Part shown: in pieces, positions 17,360 through 26,085 of the stretch | Numbering within the stretch: position 1 is the first letter of the stretch | Layout: each line of letters begins with the position of its first letter | Assembly (NCBI GenBank): GCA_023229865.1 | Contig: JALNYL010000006.1 | Coordinates: 5,597-69,596 of the forward strand | DNA length: 64,000 nt | Source of the DNA: Minisyncoccota bacterium | GTDB taxonomy: Bacteria > Patescibacteriota > Minisyncoccia > Phycocordibacterales > UBA1550 | Direction of reading: 5' to 3' | Program-made: the position numbers and the translations under genes | Notes under the pieces: generated by a model | Told to the model about the DNA's origin: nothing | Databases searched by the model: none | Seen by the model: the letters and a program-made list of their open reading frames with translations, nothing else

Positions 17360-18520
17360 TTAATTCCTCACCGTCGTCGCACTAAACGGCTTACTCGGTG
17401 CGCCGTCGATCATGAGCTTGAGATATATGTCATGGTTCGGAATGTTCACCAAGTCCTCAGGTGAAAACACCGGCTCGAATTCCCGTGCAAGCGTCCGCGC
17501 ATCCTCTGCTCCTACGCGAAAGGCAATGAGCGTACCGACATTGCCCAGGACTGCATGCATCACCTCTCCTTCAAGTTGGTGAAGGTGCTGATTGGCAAGC
17601 ACGAGCCCAAGTTTGAATTTGCGAAGTTCCGACACAGTGTTCGCCACAGAAAGCGTCGTGAAGTTCTGGAATTCATCGAGGTGAAGATAAAACGGCCGAC
17701 GTGAATGTTCAGGTAGTTCGCTTCTGCTGAAGGCAGCAAGGTTGAGTGTGGTTACCAAGAGCGCCCCCAAGAGATTTGCGCTGTCGTCTCCCAATCGCCC
17801 CTTGGCGAGATTCACGATGAGGATCTTCCCTGAGTCCATGATGCGGCGAAAGCTGAGATCAATTGGTGGATTCGTAAGGATGCGGAAAAGCCTTGGGTCA
17901 GCAAGGAACGCGCCGATCTTGTTCTGGATAGGGGAGATCATCTCCTGGCGGTAGCGAGGGTTGTAGTCTTTGAACTCGTGTTCCCAAAATTCGCGCACCT
18001 GCACGTTGGAAATATTTTTCACTACGTTGTGTCGATACGCAGTGTCGCTAAACATGCGCAAAATGTCGGGGAGCGTCGCATCGCCGTACTCAATCAGAGC
18101 GTAGAGCGTGTTCCTGAGCACATGCTCCATGCGCACACCCCAAGCATCATCAAAGAGTTTCTTGAGCGCCTCCATGAGTCCTGAGACGGCAAGTGGCACC
18201 TTGTCCTTCCGCACCTGTCTGAGGGGGTTGTAGCCATACGGCTGATCGATATCAGCGGCATCCAGGTAGACGAGGTCGTCAGATCGCTCCTGGGGAATCC
18301 TGGCTATGAGACGCTCCGCCATATCGCCGTGCGGATCAATGACACACACTCCGTGCCCGTGTGCAATGTCCTGCTCTGCCAATGTCTCCATGAGCGTCGT
18401 CTTGCCGGTGCCGGTTTTTCCGATGACGTACAGGTGAAACAAGCGATCATCACTCTTGATGCCGAACCGCACCTTCTTTCTTCCGTTGGTCTCCGCAAAA
18501 TAGCTGATGTTGTTCTTCAT
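17360..18520 (-). CDS. HerA/DUF87/TrwB-like P-loop ATPase (386 aa)
   Basis: Walker A VIGKTGTGKTTL followed by VIDPHGD; Walker B YLHLDEFQNF. Confidence 0.65.
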   Translation of the reverse strand: MKNNISYFAETNGRKKVRFGIKSDDRLFHLYVIGKTGTGKTTLMETLAEQDIAHGHGVCVIDPHGDMAERLIARIPQERSDDLVYLDAADIDQPYGYNPLRQVRKDKVPLAVSGLMEALKKLFDDAWGVRMEHVLRNTLYALIEYGDATLPDILRMFSDTAYRHNVVKNISNVQVREFWEHEFKDYNPRYRQEMISPIQNKIGAFLADPRLFRILTNPPIDLSFRRIMDSGKILIVNLAKGRLGDDSANLLGALLVTTLNLAAFSRSELPEHSRRPFYLHLDEFQNFTTLSVANTVSELRKFKLGLVLANQHLHQLEGEVMHAVLGNVGTLIAFRVGAEDARTLAREFEPVFSPEDLVNIPNHDIYLKLMIDGAPSKPFSATTVRN

Positions 18521-18657
18521 GCAGAGAGCCTACCCAGCCTTGCGCAATATCACACGGCGCGGATACGTGCCGTCTTGGCACATTCTCCCGTCGTGAGATT
18601 TTGTTTCGTATGGTGAACTATATAGGTCGGCTTGTTCTTTATCGAAAGGAAACCGAC

Positions 18658-19224
18658 ATGACCATGAAACGATTATCAAACCAAGAGCTACTCACCATGC
18701 TTATCGGCGAAGGGAAAGCTAAGCAGTTTTGTCGTACCGAACTCGTATCGCTTGTATTTGCAGAAGAGGGGAGCGAGGACTATGTACAAGAACTCGGTGT
18801 AGCACGCGAGCTCGTCAAGCGCTCCCTTGAAGAAACGCTTTGCAGGGGGAATGCTCTTTTGTCTCCCCAGATTGTTGCCGACTATCTCAAGGTCATCTTG
18901 AATGGCCTCGGACATGAAGTGTTTGTAGCACTCTTTCTGGATGCTCAGCATCGCCTCATTGCCGCTGAAGAGCTCTTTCGGGGAACGCTCACACAAACAT
19001 CGGTGTATCCACGCGAGGTGGTGAAACGGGCGCTCTATCACAATGCTGCAGCCGTGATCTTTGCTCACAACCACCCCTCGGGAGTTTCCGAACCAAGCAC
19101 TTCGGACGTGATGCTCACTGGGGCACTAAAGCAGGCCCTCTCGCTTGTGGACGTAAAAGCGCTCGATCATCTTGTGGTAGCAGGGAGTGACGTAGTGAGC
19201 CTTGCAGAAAGAGGGCAAGTGTGA
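18658..19224 (+). CDS. radC: RadC-like JAB/MPN domain protein (UPF0758)
   Basis: JAMM motif HNHPSGVSEPSTSD; helix-hairpin-helix-like N-terminus; SD AAGGAAA before ATG 18658 (track start 18601 is TTG). Confidence 0.85.
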   Translation: MTMKRLSNQELLTMLIGEGKAKQFCRTELVSLVFAEEGSEDYVQELGVARELVKRSLEETLCRGNALLSPQIVADYLKVILNGLGHEVFVALFLDAQHRLIAAEELFRGTLTQTSVYPREVVKRALYHNAAAVIFAHNHPSGVSEPSTSDVMLTGALKQALSLVDVKALDHLVVAGSDVVSLAERGQV

Positions 19225-19283
19225 GGGAAGGGAACATTGATAGCCGTGAAGAAATTCACGGCTATTTTCTTTGGGCGTTCTTA

Positions 19284-19299
19284 GTATAATCTGCGAATG
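19284..19299 (+). promoter_or_regulatory. perfect TATAAT (19284-19289) 7 nt upstream of the IHF-like ATG with no SD: probable leaderless transcript
   Basis: seen in sequence. Confidence 0.35.
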
Positions 19300-19614
19300 A
19301 CTCGCTCTGACCTCATCGCCCGCTTAGCCGAACTGCACCCTCGATTGCTTGCCAAGGATGCAGAACTCGCGGTCAAAGTAATCATTGATTCCATCTCTGA
19401 CTCACTAGCACATGGTGGTCGGGCAGAGATTCGTGGCTTCGGTAGTTTTGGGTTGAATTACCGACCGCCGCGCAAAGGTCGGAATCCGAAAACAGGGGCA
19501 GGTGTAAATATTCCCGCGAAGTATTCGCCGCATTTCCGGGCAGGGAAGGAATTGAGGGAGCGGGTGAATCCTTTAGACGATCAGACTAAATCCCCAGTGA
19601 ATGGGGAAAAGTAA
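19297..19614 (+). CDS. integration host factor beta / HU-family DNA-binding protein
   Basis: [15 protein letters not shown]...[47 protein letters not shown] is the classic IHF-beta/HU arm signature. Confidence 0.85.
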   Translation: MTRSDLIARLAELHPRLLAKDAELAVKVIIDSISDSLAHGGRAEIRGFGSFGLNYRPPRKGRNPKTGAGVNIPAKYSPHFRAGKELRERVNPLDDQTKSPVNGEK

Positions 19615-19785
19615 AACACTGAAGAAGCCTCAGCAAAAGCTAGGACTCAATTCTAATTTGGAAAGTATATTTTTAATCAAACATGGGAGTTAATCTAAAA
19701 TATGGCAACAACTGAATATTTATAGTATATATATACCACATATTTAGTCAAGTTAATCAAGTATTGAAACGATTGCCTGTTTGCC

Positions 19786-20583
19786 TTACTCGACCCACCT
19801 TACCTCGTAGTAATGTAAGAGTCCTGGCTTGGGAATAATCCACTTTGCCAAGCCATTTTTATCAATTTGTTTTACTTCAGAGCCAAAAGATGTTTTCGCT
19901 CCAAAATCCCCATAATGTTCACAAACAGCCTCTTTCGATGTATATGTTAAAGGTAGCTTAAGCTCCAAATGCAGCACATCTGTTGGCTCATGTATTGTTG
20001 CAGAAAATGATCGCAGTGCTTTTTGTTGTGGGTCGACAAAATCCCACACTACTTCCGCCGTGACAGTTTCGTTTTTTTGTAAATTCCTTGAAAAACGAAT
20101 ATCAAAAAAGGTCCACACGTTCCTTTGAAATGCGGTTTGTACGCACTGCCCAGGAATGGCGCTACTGATGCTAATAGATCCTTGCCCAGTCCATTGATAA
20201 CGATCTCTGTAGGCGTCAAGGCCATTTCGGAGAGCTTTCAGCTTATATCGCCTTCTGTGTTGAATCTCTGTTGCGGAACGGTACTCATGATAAATATGTT
20301 TTTCTATAAGATGAAAATCAGGTTCAAGCCGTGGAAAGGTTGGTCGATGGCGACGGAAAGCGTTGTATGCCCAATTGATTGTCAAAGTAGATATTATAAA
20401 AAATAAGGCAAAAAGAGGTAACACATATTCATTAAGGAAATTCTGAGTCTTGCCAATTGAATCTGCGCCAATAAAGGAAACTGACGATGCAGCTACGATT
20501 ACTCCAGCACCCTTGATAATTTCAATTAGTAGATTCGAACCAATATCTACAGAAAATTTTCGTTTGAAACTTTCTAGGTTCAT
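19786..20583 (-). CDS. hypothetical 2-TM membrane protein with ~190-aa soluble C-terminal domain
   Basis: ATG 20583 with SD GAGGGGA (track start is GTG); two N-terminal hydrophobic helices. Confidence 0.5.
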   Translation of the reverse strand: MNLESFKRKFSVDIGSNLLIEIIKGAGVIVAASSVSFIGADSIGKTQNFLNEYVLPLFALFFIISTLTINWAYNAFRRHRPTFPRLEPDFHLIEKHIYHEYRSATEIQHRRRYKLKALRNGLDAYRDRYQWTGQGSISISSAIPGQCVQTAFQRNVWTFFDIRFSRNLQKNETVTAEVVWDFVDPQQKALRSFSATIHEPTDVLHLELKLPLTYTSKEAVCEHYGDFGAKTSFGSEVKQIDKNGLAKWIIPKPGLLHYYEVRWVE

Positions 20584-20657
20584 TATGTCCCCTCGTTTCA
20601 GATACAGTTTGATTGGCACTCACAAGTGATTCGAATTGTGGCCGCCTGAATAATAAC

Positions 20658-21185
20658 CTAACTGTTATCTTCTCCAAACATCGTCTCTGTGAAGCCCTCA
20701 AAATATGCATGAACGCATGCTATGTGCCCAGCGACTTCATCCCTCAATTCCTTCTCTGTTGTCGAGGGAGGGAGGGCGAGCCATCGCCGCGCTTGTCTTT
20801 CAATACTCATTGAATTGGCATGTCGATCTAATACGCTTGGATGTATGCAGGCGAGTATCTCAATGGTGGCCTGGGTACGCAATTCATTGAGTGAGAATAT
20901 GTACCCGAGCATCTCTTCAGCGATTCTGTAGTACGCGTCATCACAGCCATCCTCGGCGCACCATGCCGGCAGATCAATATCGGAAAGTACGAGTTCAAGC
21001 TTCTGGTCGAATGTGAGGTGCTCAACACGGAGAACATGCCGATTTGGAACAAGATTGCGAACATATTCTTCGAGCAAAATTTCCATGCGATGATGCCCAA
21101 CGAGAATTATTTCCGTCAGGTCGTGTGCCCTTTGGAGAGCAACGTATATTGATGTCTGTTCAAAATCTTCGTCGCGGATGTTCAT
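20658..21185 (-). CDS. hypothetical all-alpha protein (175 aa) with C-terminal Rx5H motif (LRDEVAGH) - weak HEPN-like hint
   Basis: ATG start; operon with downstream 2-TM protein; motif seen, family not recognised. Confidence 0.45.
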   Translation of the reverse strand: MNIRDEDFEQTSIYVALQRAHDLTEIILVGHHRMEILLEEYVRNLVPNRHVLRVEHLTFDQKLELVLSDIDLPAWCAEDGCDDAYYRIAEEMLGYIFSLNELRTQATIEILACIHPSVLDRHANSMSIERQARRWLALPPSTTEKELRDEVAGHIACVHAYFEGFTETMFGEDNS

Positions 21186-21279
21186 TGTTGTTCTGTGCCG
21201 AAGCAGTCAGTAAAACACGTCTGCTCAATCGCAGAGTATCTCCATAGGAATTTTACGTAAAATGCTGGTGGAATTTTAA

Positions 21280-22653
21280 ATGTTTTCAGGCGCGGAGTAT
21301 CCTTCTATGACGATTATTGCTGAGCTCCTAAAGCCCTATGTGCTGTTCCTGCAAGGAGCTGCCTATAGCATTGGACAGACATTGGATGGCTTGGGAGTCC
21401 TCTCGTCAAACATAGTCGAGACAGATGTCAATGGACAGATCATAGGAAGCTATTTGTCGCCATCTGAGGCTTACATTTCTATCCTGCTTGGTTTGTTGTT
21501 GCTCTACTTAATGCTTCTAGTTGGAGCACTCTTTCTTTCTGGTTATGTTTTAGGGAAATGGAGAGGAGCCTTAATTGCCACATTCATAATTTCCCTCCCT
21601 GGAATCGCCTCACTTCTCGGGATCTTTCCAAACATAAATTACTTGCCGGATAAATTTGTAATACACGGAACAGGGACCCTTGGGAGTGTTGGGGGGATGT
21701 TCCCTCTTGTGTTGATTGGATTATTGACAGGATGGAGTCTTGTACTCCTTCTGAGTGACTTATTTGATCTGGGTGATAGATTCCGACATTACTTCGATCA
21801 CTTCTGGTACTCCATGGCAGTGCTTGCAGGAATTTTCTTTGTTGCCGACACGGGAAATTCTGATGTGTTGCGTGAACTTGACGAGGCAAATCAACTTTCC
21901 AAGCAAGCGAGCATTTATCTCCTTCGGGAAGTAAGAGCATATGACGCTCAGTGCAATAGAACGCCATCCATTGGAAAAGTGTCTTGCTCTTGGGCCTCAG
22001 ATGTGCAACAAGAGCTGAGTGATTACGTGGTGGTAAGTCCACAGTCCTTTGCTAACTGGGGACCTAAATCTGCTTCTGACATTTACGACCCCTACAGGGG
22101 AAATATCTCGTCTGATCAAATCCAGCAAATTAGGCACGAGCTTAAGGCATACAACAGCACACACTGCCCTGTGAAGGACATCGGAAGGGGTTGGTCCCAG
22201 CAGTCGCGCTCATCAAGTGTTTGCCTCAGACCCCCAAGCGCCTTCTGCACTGCGTTTCCGGAACCTCTTGATGGGGTGTCTCAGAACAATACCATATTCC
22301 GAACTGTTGCCATTTCTAACGAGTGCGTTGTCGCATCACTAGTAGCCTTGCGCGCAAGACAGGAGAAGCTCGTTAACAAGGTTTCTGAGATCGAAGAATC
22401 TAAGCACTCCCGGTGGCTCTTCTTTGCACTTTTTTCTGTAGTCGCGGGTGGCAAAGTTGCAAATGCATCTGCAAGAGTCGCGGAGCTTGATAGAAGGAAT
22501 CAGCTTGAAAAGCGGCGTCTGCTTAAGTTAGTCCGCAATCTTTTGTCCATTGCCTGGAAACTAATTCAGCGCTCAGCCTCCACCGGACGGCGGATTTTGT
22601 CTTCCTCTTTAAGATTAGTGGGCCGAGTTATTGCTGCTAGTTGGAAGCGCTAA
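21280..22653 (+). CDS. hypothetical polytopic membrane protein (457 aa) with Cys-containing loop domain and basic C-terminal tail
   Basis: multiple hydrophobic helices; no recognised motif. Confidence 0.5.
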   Translation: MFSGAEYPSMTIIAELLKPYVLFLQGAAYSIGQTLDGLGVLSSNIVETDVNGQIIGSYLSPSEAYISILLGLLLLYLMLLVGALFLSGYVLGKWRGALIATFIISLPGIASLLGIFPNINYLPDKFVIHGTGTLGSVGGMFPLVLIGLLTGWSLVLLLSDLFDLGDRFRHYFDHFWYSMAVLAGIFFVADTGNSDVLRELDEANQLSKQASIYLLREVRAYDAQCNRTPSIGKVSCSWASDVQQELSDYVVVSPQSFANWGPKSASDIYDPYRGNISSDQIQQIRHELKAYNSTHCPVKDIGRGWSQQSRSSSVCLRPPSAFCTAFPEPLDGVSQNNTIFRTVAISNECVVASLVALRARQEKLVNKVSEIEESKHSRWLFFALFSVVAGGKVANASARVAELDRRNQLEKRRLLKLVRNLLSIAWKLIQRSASTGRRILSSSLRLVGRVIAASWKR

Positions 22654-22671
22654 TTCTTCCCCATAGTTCGC

Positions 22672-23523
22672 TCACTTTGACGTAGGGGAGTTGCTATTGA
22701 GTGTTAGGTTCCCCAAGAAAGTATTCCACTCCTTTTTGCTATCTTCTTTGAGCGATCTAATGCAAGGTTGTCCTGGCTTGAACATCCACTTTGAGCTTCT
22801 GATCAAGACTCCCACGACTTTGGGAACATCATTCTTGGGTGATTCCTTTGCAATATGCACTCCAATAATTCCACGTATTGCATTCCCTTCGACTTTGAAA
22901 GTTACGATGAAAGGCTCGTTCGACATGAGCCGTACGCATCCATCAATTTGGGGATCACAGGACCACCAATATATTTCCAGTTTTGTGAGATCGAGAATCA
23001 GGTGGAGGCATATATGCAGCCACCTCCCAAATTCTGATGGGTTGATGGTCTCGTCAATTTCTTTTGCTTCGTTTGGTAGTAATTTCCTATCGATATGAGA
23101 CGATAGTTTGTTCCGCGCAATGCTCACAGGAGCCTTGAAATCATGTGGGAGCATTGCGCTGAACTGTTTGCTTATGGCCTTGATTTGCTCGTACTGCTCA
23201 TCGCTTTTCAATAACTTTGCAGTGTCCTTGTTACACAAAATATCGTTAAGAAGATCATCGATGGACATTATGAGTGAATGGAGGGGCGTTATGGCAATCT
23301 TGAGACGGCGCTTCTTCTTCGTCGCGTTCTTCTGGTGAACCGCTTCCTCTAATAGTTCCTCAAGGTCTCGCAAGCACTCAAGACATCGCCATAATTTGTG
23401 TGCCGACGAGTTTGATGGGTGCCAAGCATTTACCTCAGCTTCGCCTTCCGCAAGCGAGCTCACAACTTCTCGGTCAATGGTGTCGAGATATACTGGTATC
23501 CCTCTGTTTTCTTCTTCAGACAT
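22672..23523 (-). CDS. hypothetical soluble protein (~283 aa)
   Basis: ATG 23523 preceded by GGAGAGG (track start 23562 is TTG); no recognised motif. Confidence 0.45.
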   Translation of the reverse strand: MSEEENRGIPVYLDTIDREVVSSLAEGEAEVNAWHPSNSSAHKLWRCLECLRDLEELLEEAVHQKNATKKKRRLKIAITPLHSLIMSIDDLLNDILCNKDTAKLLKSDEQYEQIKAISKQFSAMLPHDFKAPVSIARNKLSSHIDRKLLPNEAKEIDETINPSEFGRWLHICLHLILDLTKLEIYWWSCDPQIDGCVRLMSNEPFIVTFKVEGNAIRGIIGVHIAKESPKNDVPKVVGVLIRSSKWMFKPGQPCIRSLKEDSKKEWNTFLGNLTLNSNSPTSK

Positions 23524-23966
23524 TACCTCTCCGCTCATATTGAACCGCATCACTAGTTTCAACCACTTCTATTGCCAAACCGGAACATTTCCACTTCTAC
23601 ATATCAACACTCACAGCAAGTAGCATTGTCACATGCAATATAGCAACGAAGTCATACAGAAGTTTATCGCTGCCTACGAACGCGCGCATGGAGAAACACT
23701 CACGCGTGAGGAAGCGATAGTCATGTTTGGAAGACTTGTTCGACTCTATCGCGTATTGCTAATACCTCTGCCTGATGACGATGATCAGTCTACAGGGCTT
23801 CTTCTGTAGTATCTGGCTCCAGTGCTTCGAGCACTTGTTTTTGCAGTACTCGGATATTGTGTAAGACGTGTTCTGTTTCAGTGTCTCCAGTTTCAATTAA
23901 TGTGCGAACGTACTTCATGTACCCGCACAAAACGTAAAGAAAAACAGTGCCTGCGCACTGTTTTTT

Positions 23967-24080
23967 AGTTTTGTGAACCGCAGTGATGTTTTGCGAGCAC
24001 GCAAAACCACGAGGTGGGGCCGGCAAACACTTACGTCTGTGAGGATGTAATCATCCGAAGAGACTTAGTGATTTGTGGAC
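23967..24080 (+). repeat. copy A of ~110-nt conserved intergenic element (terminator hairpin, then TAGTTTTGTG..CCGCAG, hairpin with AGCA loop, CACGAGGTGGGG, CACTTACG, CTTAGTGA)
   Basis: aligned by eye with copies at 26244 and 28227. Confidence 0.5.
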
Positions 24081-24150
24081 AAGCAAACTTTGTGCGCGTA
24101 GCGCTCGACTCCTGTCTTGTTCGTGACCGAGAGCGGTCCCCCTGCCATTA

Positions 24151-24182
24151 TAAAACAAAACCCCCCGACCTTGGTCGGGGGG
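24151..24182 (-). terminator. rho-independent terminator of exonuclease gene (CCCCCCGAC-CTTG-GTCGGGGGG + T-tract on minus strand)
   Basis: seen in sequence. Confidence 0.6.
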
Positions 24183-24189
24183 TTGGGGA

Positions 24190-24735
24190 TTACATCTGCA
24201 TCAAGCGTTTCAGGATTCGGTACGAGCTCATCGCCCCATTGAAGCCTTTGTGAGGCATCGATTCAACAGGGAGTCCGAGCCATTTGGCAACCTCGTCTTT
24301 GTTGAGCTTATCAATGCCGGAAGTCCTGAGTTTTGTCCAGCCGATAGTGAAGAGTTCAAGACGATGATAGTCCATATTGTCCGTGACCGCAGTTCTTCGG
24401 AAGGCTTCTGCAATAAAGGACCAGTCGTACGCCATGTTGTGAGCAGCAAAGAGGGCGCCTTGTGTCTTCTTCGCATATTGAGACATTGCAATACTGAGAG
24501 GGGGTGCGTCCACCCAGTCAGCTTCGTTGTAACCAGTGTGTGTGATACACTTCGCACTCGCTGTTTCGGGGTGCTCTGGTTTTACTCGCGTATCCATGGT
24601 GTCGATGATATCGAAAGTCCGTTGGTCAATGAGTACAAGTCCAATGTCGATAATTTCGTTGGTTATCGGGGAGTGTCCCGTGGTCTCGACATCAGTAATT
24701 GCGATCGGCCTATCAAGAATGCATACGTCATTCAT
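24190..24735 (-). CDS. DnaQ-like 3'-5' exonuclease (DEDDh family)
   Basis: Exo I ITDVETTG, Exo II HNMAYDWSFI, Exo III H...region; SD GAGGA. Confidence 0.8.
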   Translation of the reverse strand: MNDVCILDRPIAITDVETTGHSPITNEIIDIGLVLIDQRTFDIIDTMDTRVKPEHPETASAKCITHTGYNEADWVDAPPLSIAMSQYAKKTQGALFAAHNMAYDWSFIAEAFRRTAVTDNMDYHRLELFTIGWTKLRTSGIDKLNKDEVAKWLGLPVESMPHKGFNGAMSSYRILKRLMQM

Positions 24736-24860
24736 TTTGGAATCCTCTTCGTTTGTTTAAAGATCAGGTACTGCTTTTGATACACTCTCAAAAAGCGGGC
24801 CAAAAGTCAAACAAATAAAAACTGCCCGACTTGTGGTCGGGCAGTAGTAGTGAGGTTGAA

Positions 24861-25283
24861 TCAGTAGGGTTTCGGCTTGCCATCTTCTGTACGAATACGC
24901 ATGCGCGTTTCCGATACCGACAAGACCTTGATCAAGTTGATGTCAGGACTTGAGACGGAGCCGCTGGGAGAAATTTCCCAGACGGGCTGTTGCGCGTCTG
25001 CGAAATGGAGAGCCTCGCGGAATACTCCCGCCCCCCAGGTGCCATCACGGAAACCAAGGAAGATACCGGCGCTACAGCTCGGAAGGACGACTTCGGTGTA
25101 GTAGTCCATCCCATTACCCGTCTCGTTCTTGTACTTTTCGTAGCCCCCCGCGTGGTGACGTTGATTGGGGTTCTCGATTTCCCAGCCGGGGAAGATTTCC
25201 GCGATTTTTTCGAGAAGCTCTTGTTCAAGGGGAGTGTTGTAAACATTCACCGGGTGTCCGAAATACAATTTGCGTCCGCTCAT
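24861..25283 (-). CDS. hypothetical protein (140 aa; MSGRKLYFGHPVNVYNTPLEQELL...)
   Basis: ATG with SD AGGAGG 8 nt upstream; upstream part of track ORF unlikely translated. Confidence 0.5.
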   Translation of the reverse strand: MSGRKLYFGHPVNVYNTPLEQELLEKIAEIFPGWEIENPNQRHHAGGYEKYKNETGNGMDYYTEVVLPSCSAGIFLGFRDGTWGAGVFREALHFADAQQPVWEISPSGSVSSPDINLIKVLSVSETRMRIRTEDGKPKPY

Positions 25284-25324
25284 TTGATTGCCTCCTTGTC
25301 GTTTAAAGATCGAGATATTGCTAT

Positions 25325-25582
25325 TTGATAGCCTCTCAAAAAGGGGTGGAAAAGTCAATGCGCGGGGGGTATACTGTTTATATGATTAAATTTCCTCGGG
25401 CTGAATTTTGGGATATTTTTGGAGTTGGTGTTTTTGCCGCGATTACGCTTCTGAGCGGATGGGCCATCACGACAGGGGAGCCTATCCCTACGTGGGGGCT
25501 CGCGTTCCTGTTTTTTGTGGGGATTTTTGGGATTTTTGTTGACGGGACGATTGTAAATAAGACCTTTTTGAGGAAGAAATAG
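25325..25582 (+). CDS. small membrane protein, hypothetical
   Basis: two hydrophobic helices; start uncertain. Confidence 0.35.
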   Translation: MIASQKGVEKSMRGGYTVYMIKFPRAEFWDIFGVGVFAAITLLSGWAITTGEPIPTWGLAFLFFVGIFGIFVDGTIVNKTFLRKK

Positions 25583-25683
25583 TTTCCCTTCGGTGACTAG
25601 TTGTTGCCCGCCTTTTATGATAAAATATTAGGGTTCCTGGGGAATCCCCATTTGATAGAATTTTTAATTTCAAGATAGATACT

Positions 25684-25917
25684 ATGAAAGAAGTAACAAT
25701 TTACACAACTCCAACGTGCGGTTATTGCAAGATGGCAAAGGAGTTTTTTGTGTCGAACAATGTTCAGTTTAGCGAATACGATGTCGCAGCTGACCTTGAG
25801 AAGCGCAAGGAGATGATTGAAAAGAGTGGGCAGATGGGGGTTCCTGTTATCTTTGTTGATAACGAAATGACTGTTGGTTTTGATAAAAACCGCCTCTCAT
25901 CACTCCTTGGTTTGTAG
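25684..25917 (+). CDS. glutaredoxin-like protein (NrdH/YruB-like thioredoxin fold)
   Basis: TIYTTPTCGYCKMAKEFF CxxC motif, size 77 aa. Confidence 0.8.
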   Translation: MKEVTIYTTPTCGYCKMAKEFFVSNNVQFSEYDVAADLEKRKEMIEKSGQMGVPVIFVDNEMTVGFDKNRLSSLLGL

Positions 25918-25980
25918 TTTGATTTTAGAATAAATCTCTGTACGAAAGGCGGCCATGGCCGCCTTTCGTACAGAGAAAAT

Positions 25981-26055
25981 GCCCCTGTAGTTCAATGGAT
26001 AGAACAGTTCCGTCCTAAGGAATAGATGTAAGTTCGATTCTTACCAGAGGCACCA
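25981..26055 (+). tRNA. tRNA-Arg (anticodon CCT), CCA encoded; one C-A mismatch in acceptor stem
   Basis: cloverleaf folded by hand: D-arm TAGTTCAATGGATAGAACA, anticodon loop GTCCTAA, T-arm GTAAGTTCGATTCTTAC. Confidence 0.75.
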
Positions 26056-26056
26056 G

Positions 26057-26085
26057 AAAAATCTCTACGTTTGTAGAGATTTTTT
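26057..26085 (+). terminator. terminator hairpin after tRNA-Arg (AAAATCTCTAC-GTTT-GTAGAGATTTTTT)
   Basis: seen in sequence. Confidence 0.6.

Larger units (their letters stand above)
2380..19660. mobile_element. ~17-kb GC-rich integrated element (serine recombinase, RadC, IHF-like, two FtsK/HerA-type ATPases; cargo: RiPP cluster, Rhs-CT toxin, secreted nuclease, transglutaminase-like, NC-domain protein)
   Basis: sharp GC/codon-composition shift at ~2380 and ~19660 against AT-rich flanks; hallmark MGE genes; boundaries approximate, att sites not resolved. Confidence 0.6.

Noticed and set aside
23633-24026. Convergent small ORFs (~58 aa plus-strand MQYSNEVIQKF...; 42-78 aa minus-strand) between the unknown island and the exonuclease gene
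   Set aside because: No SD, no recognisable motifs, and the region overlaps repeat copy A. A toxin-antitoxin pair is possible but unsupported.
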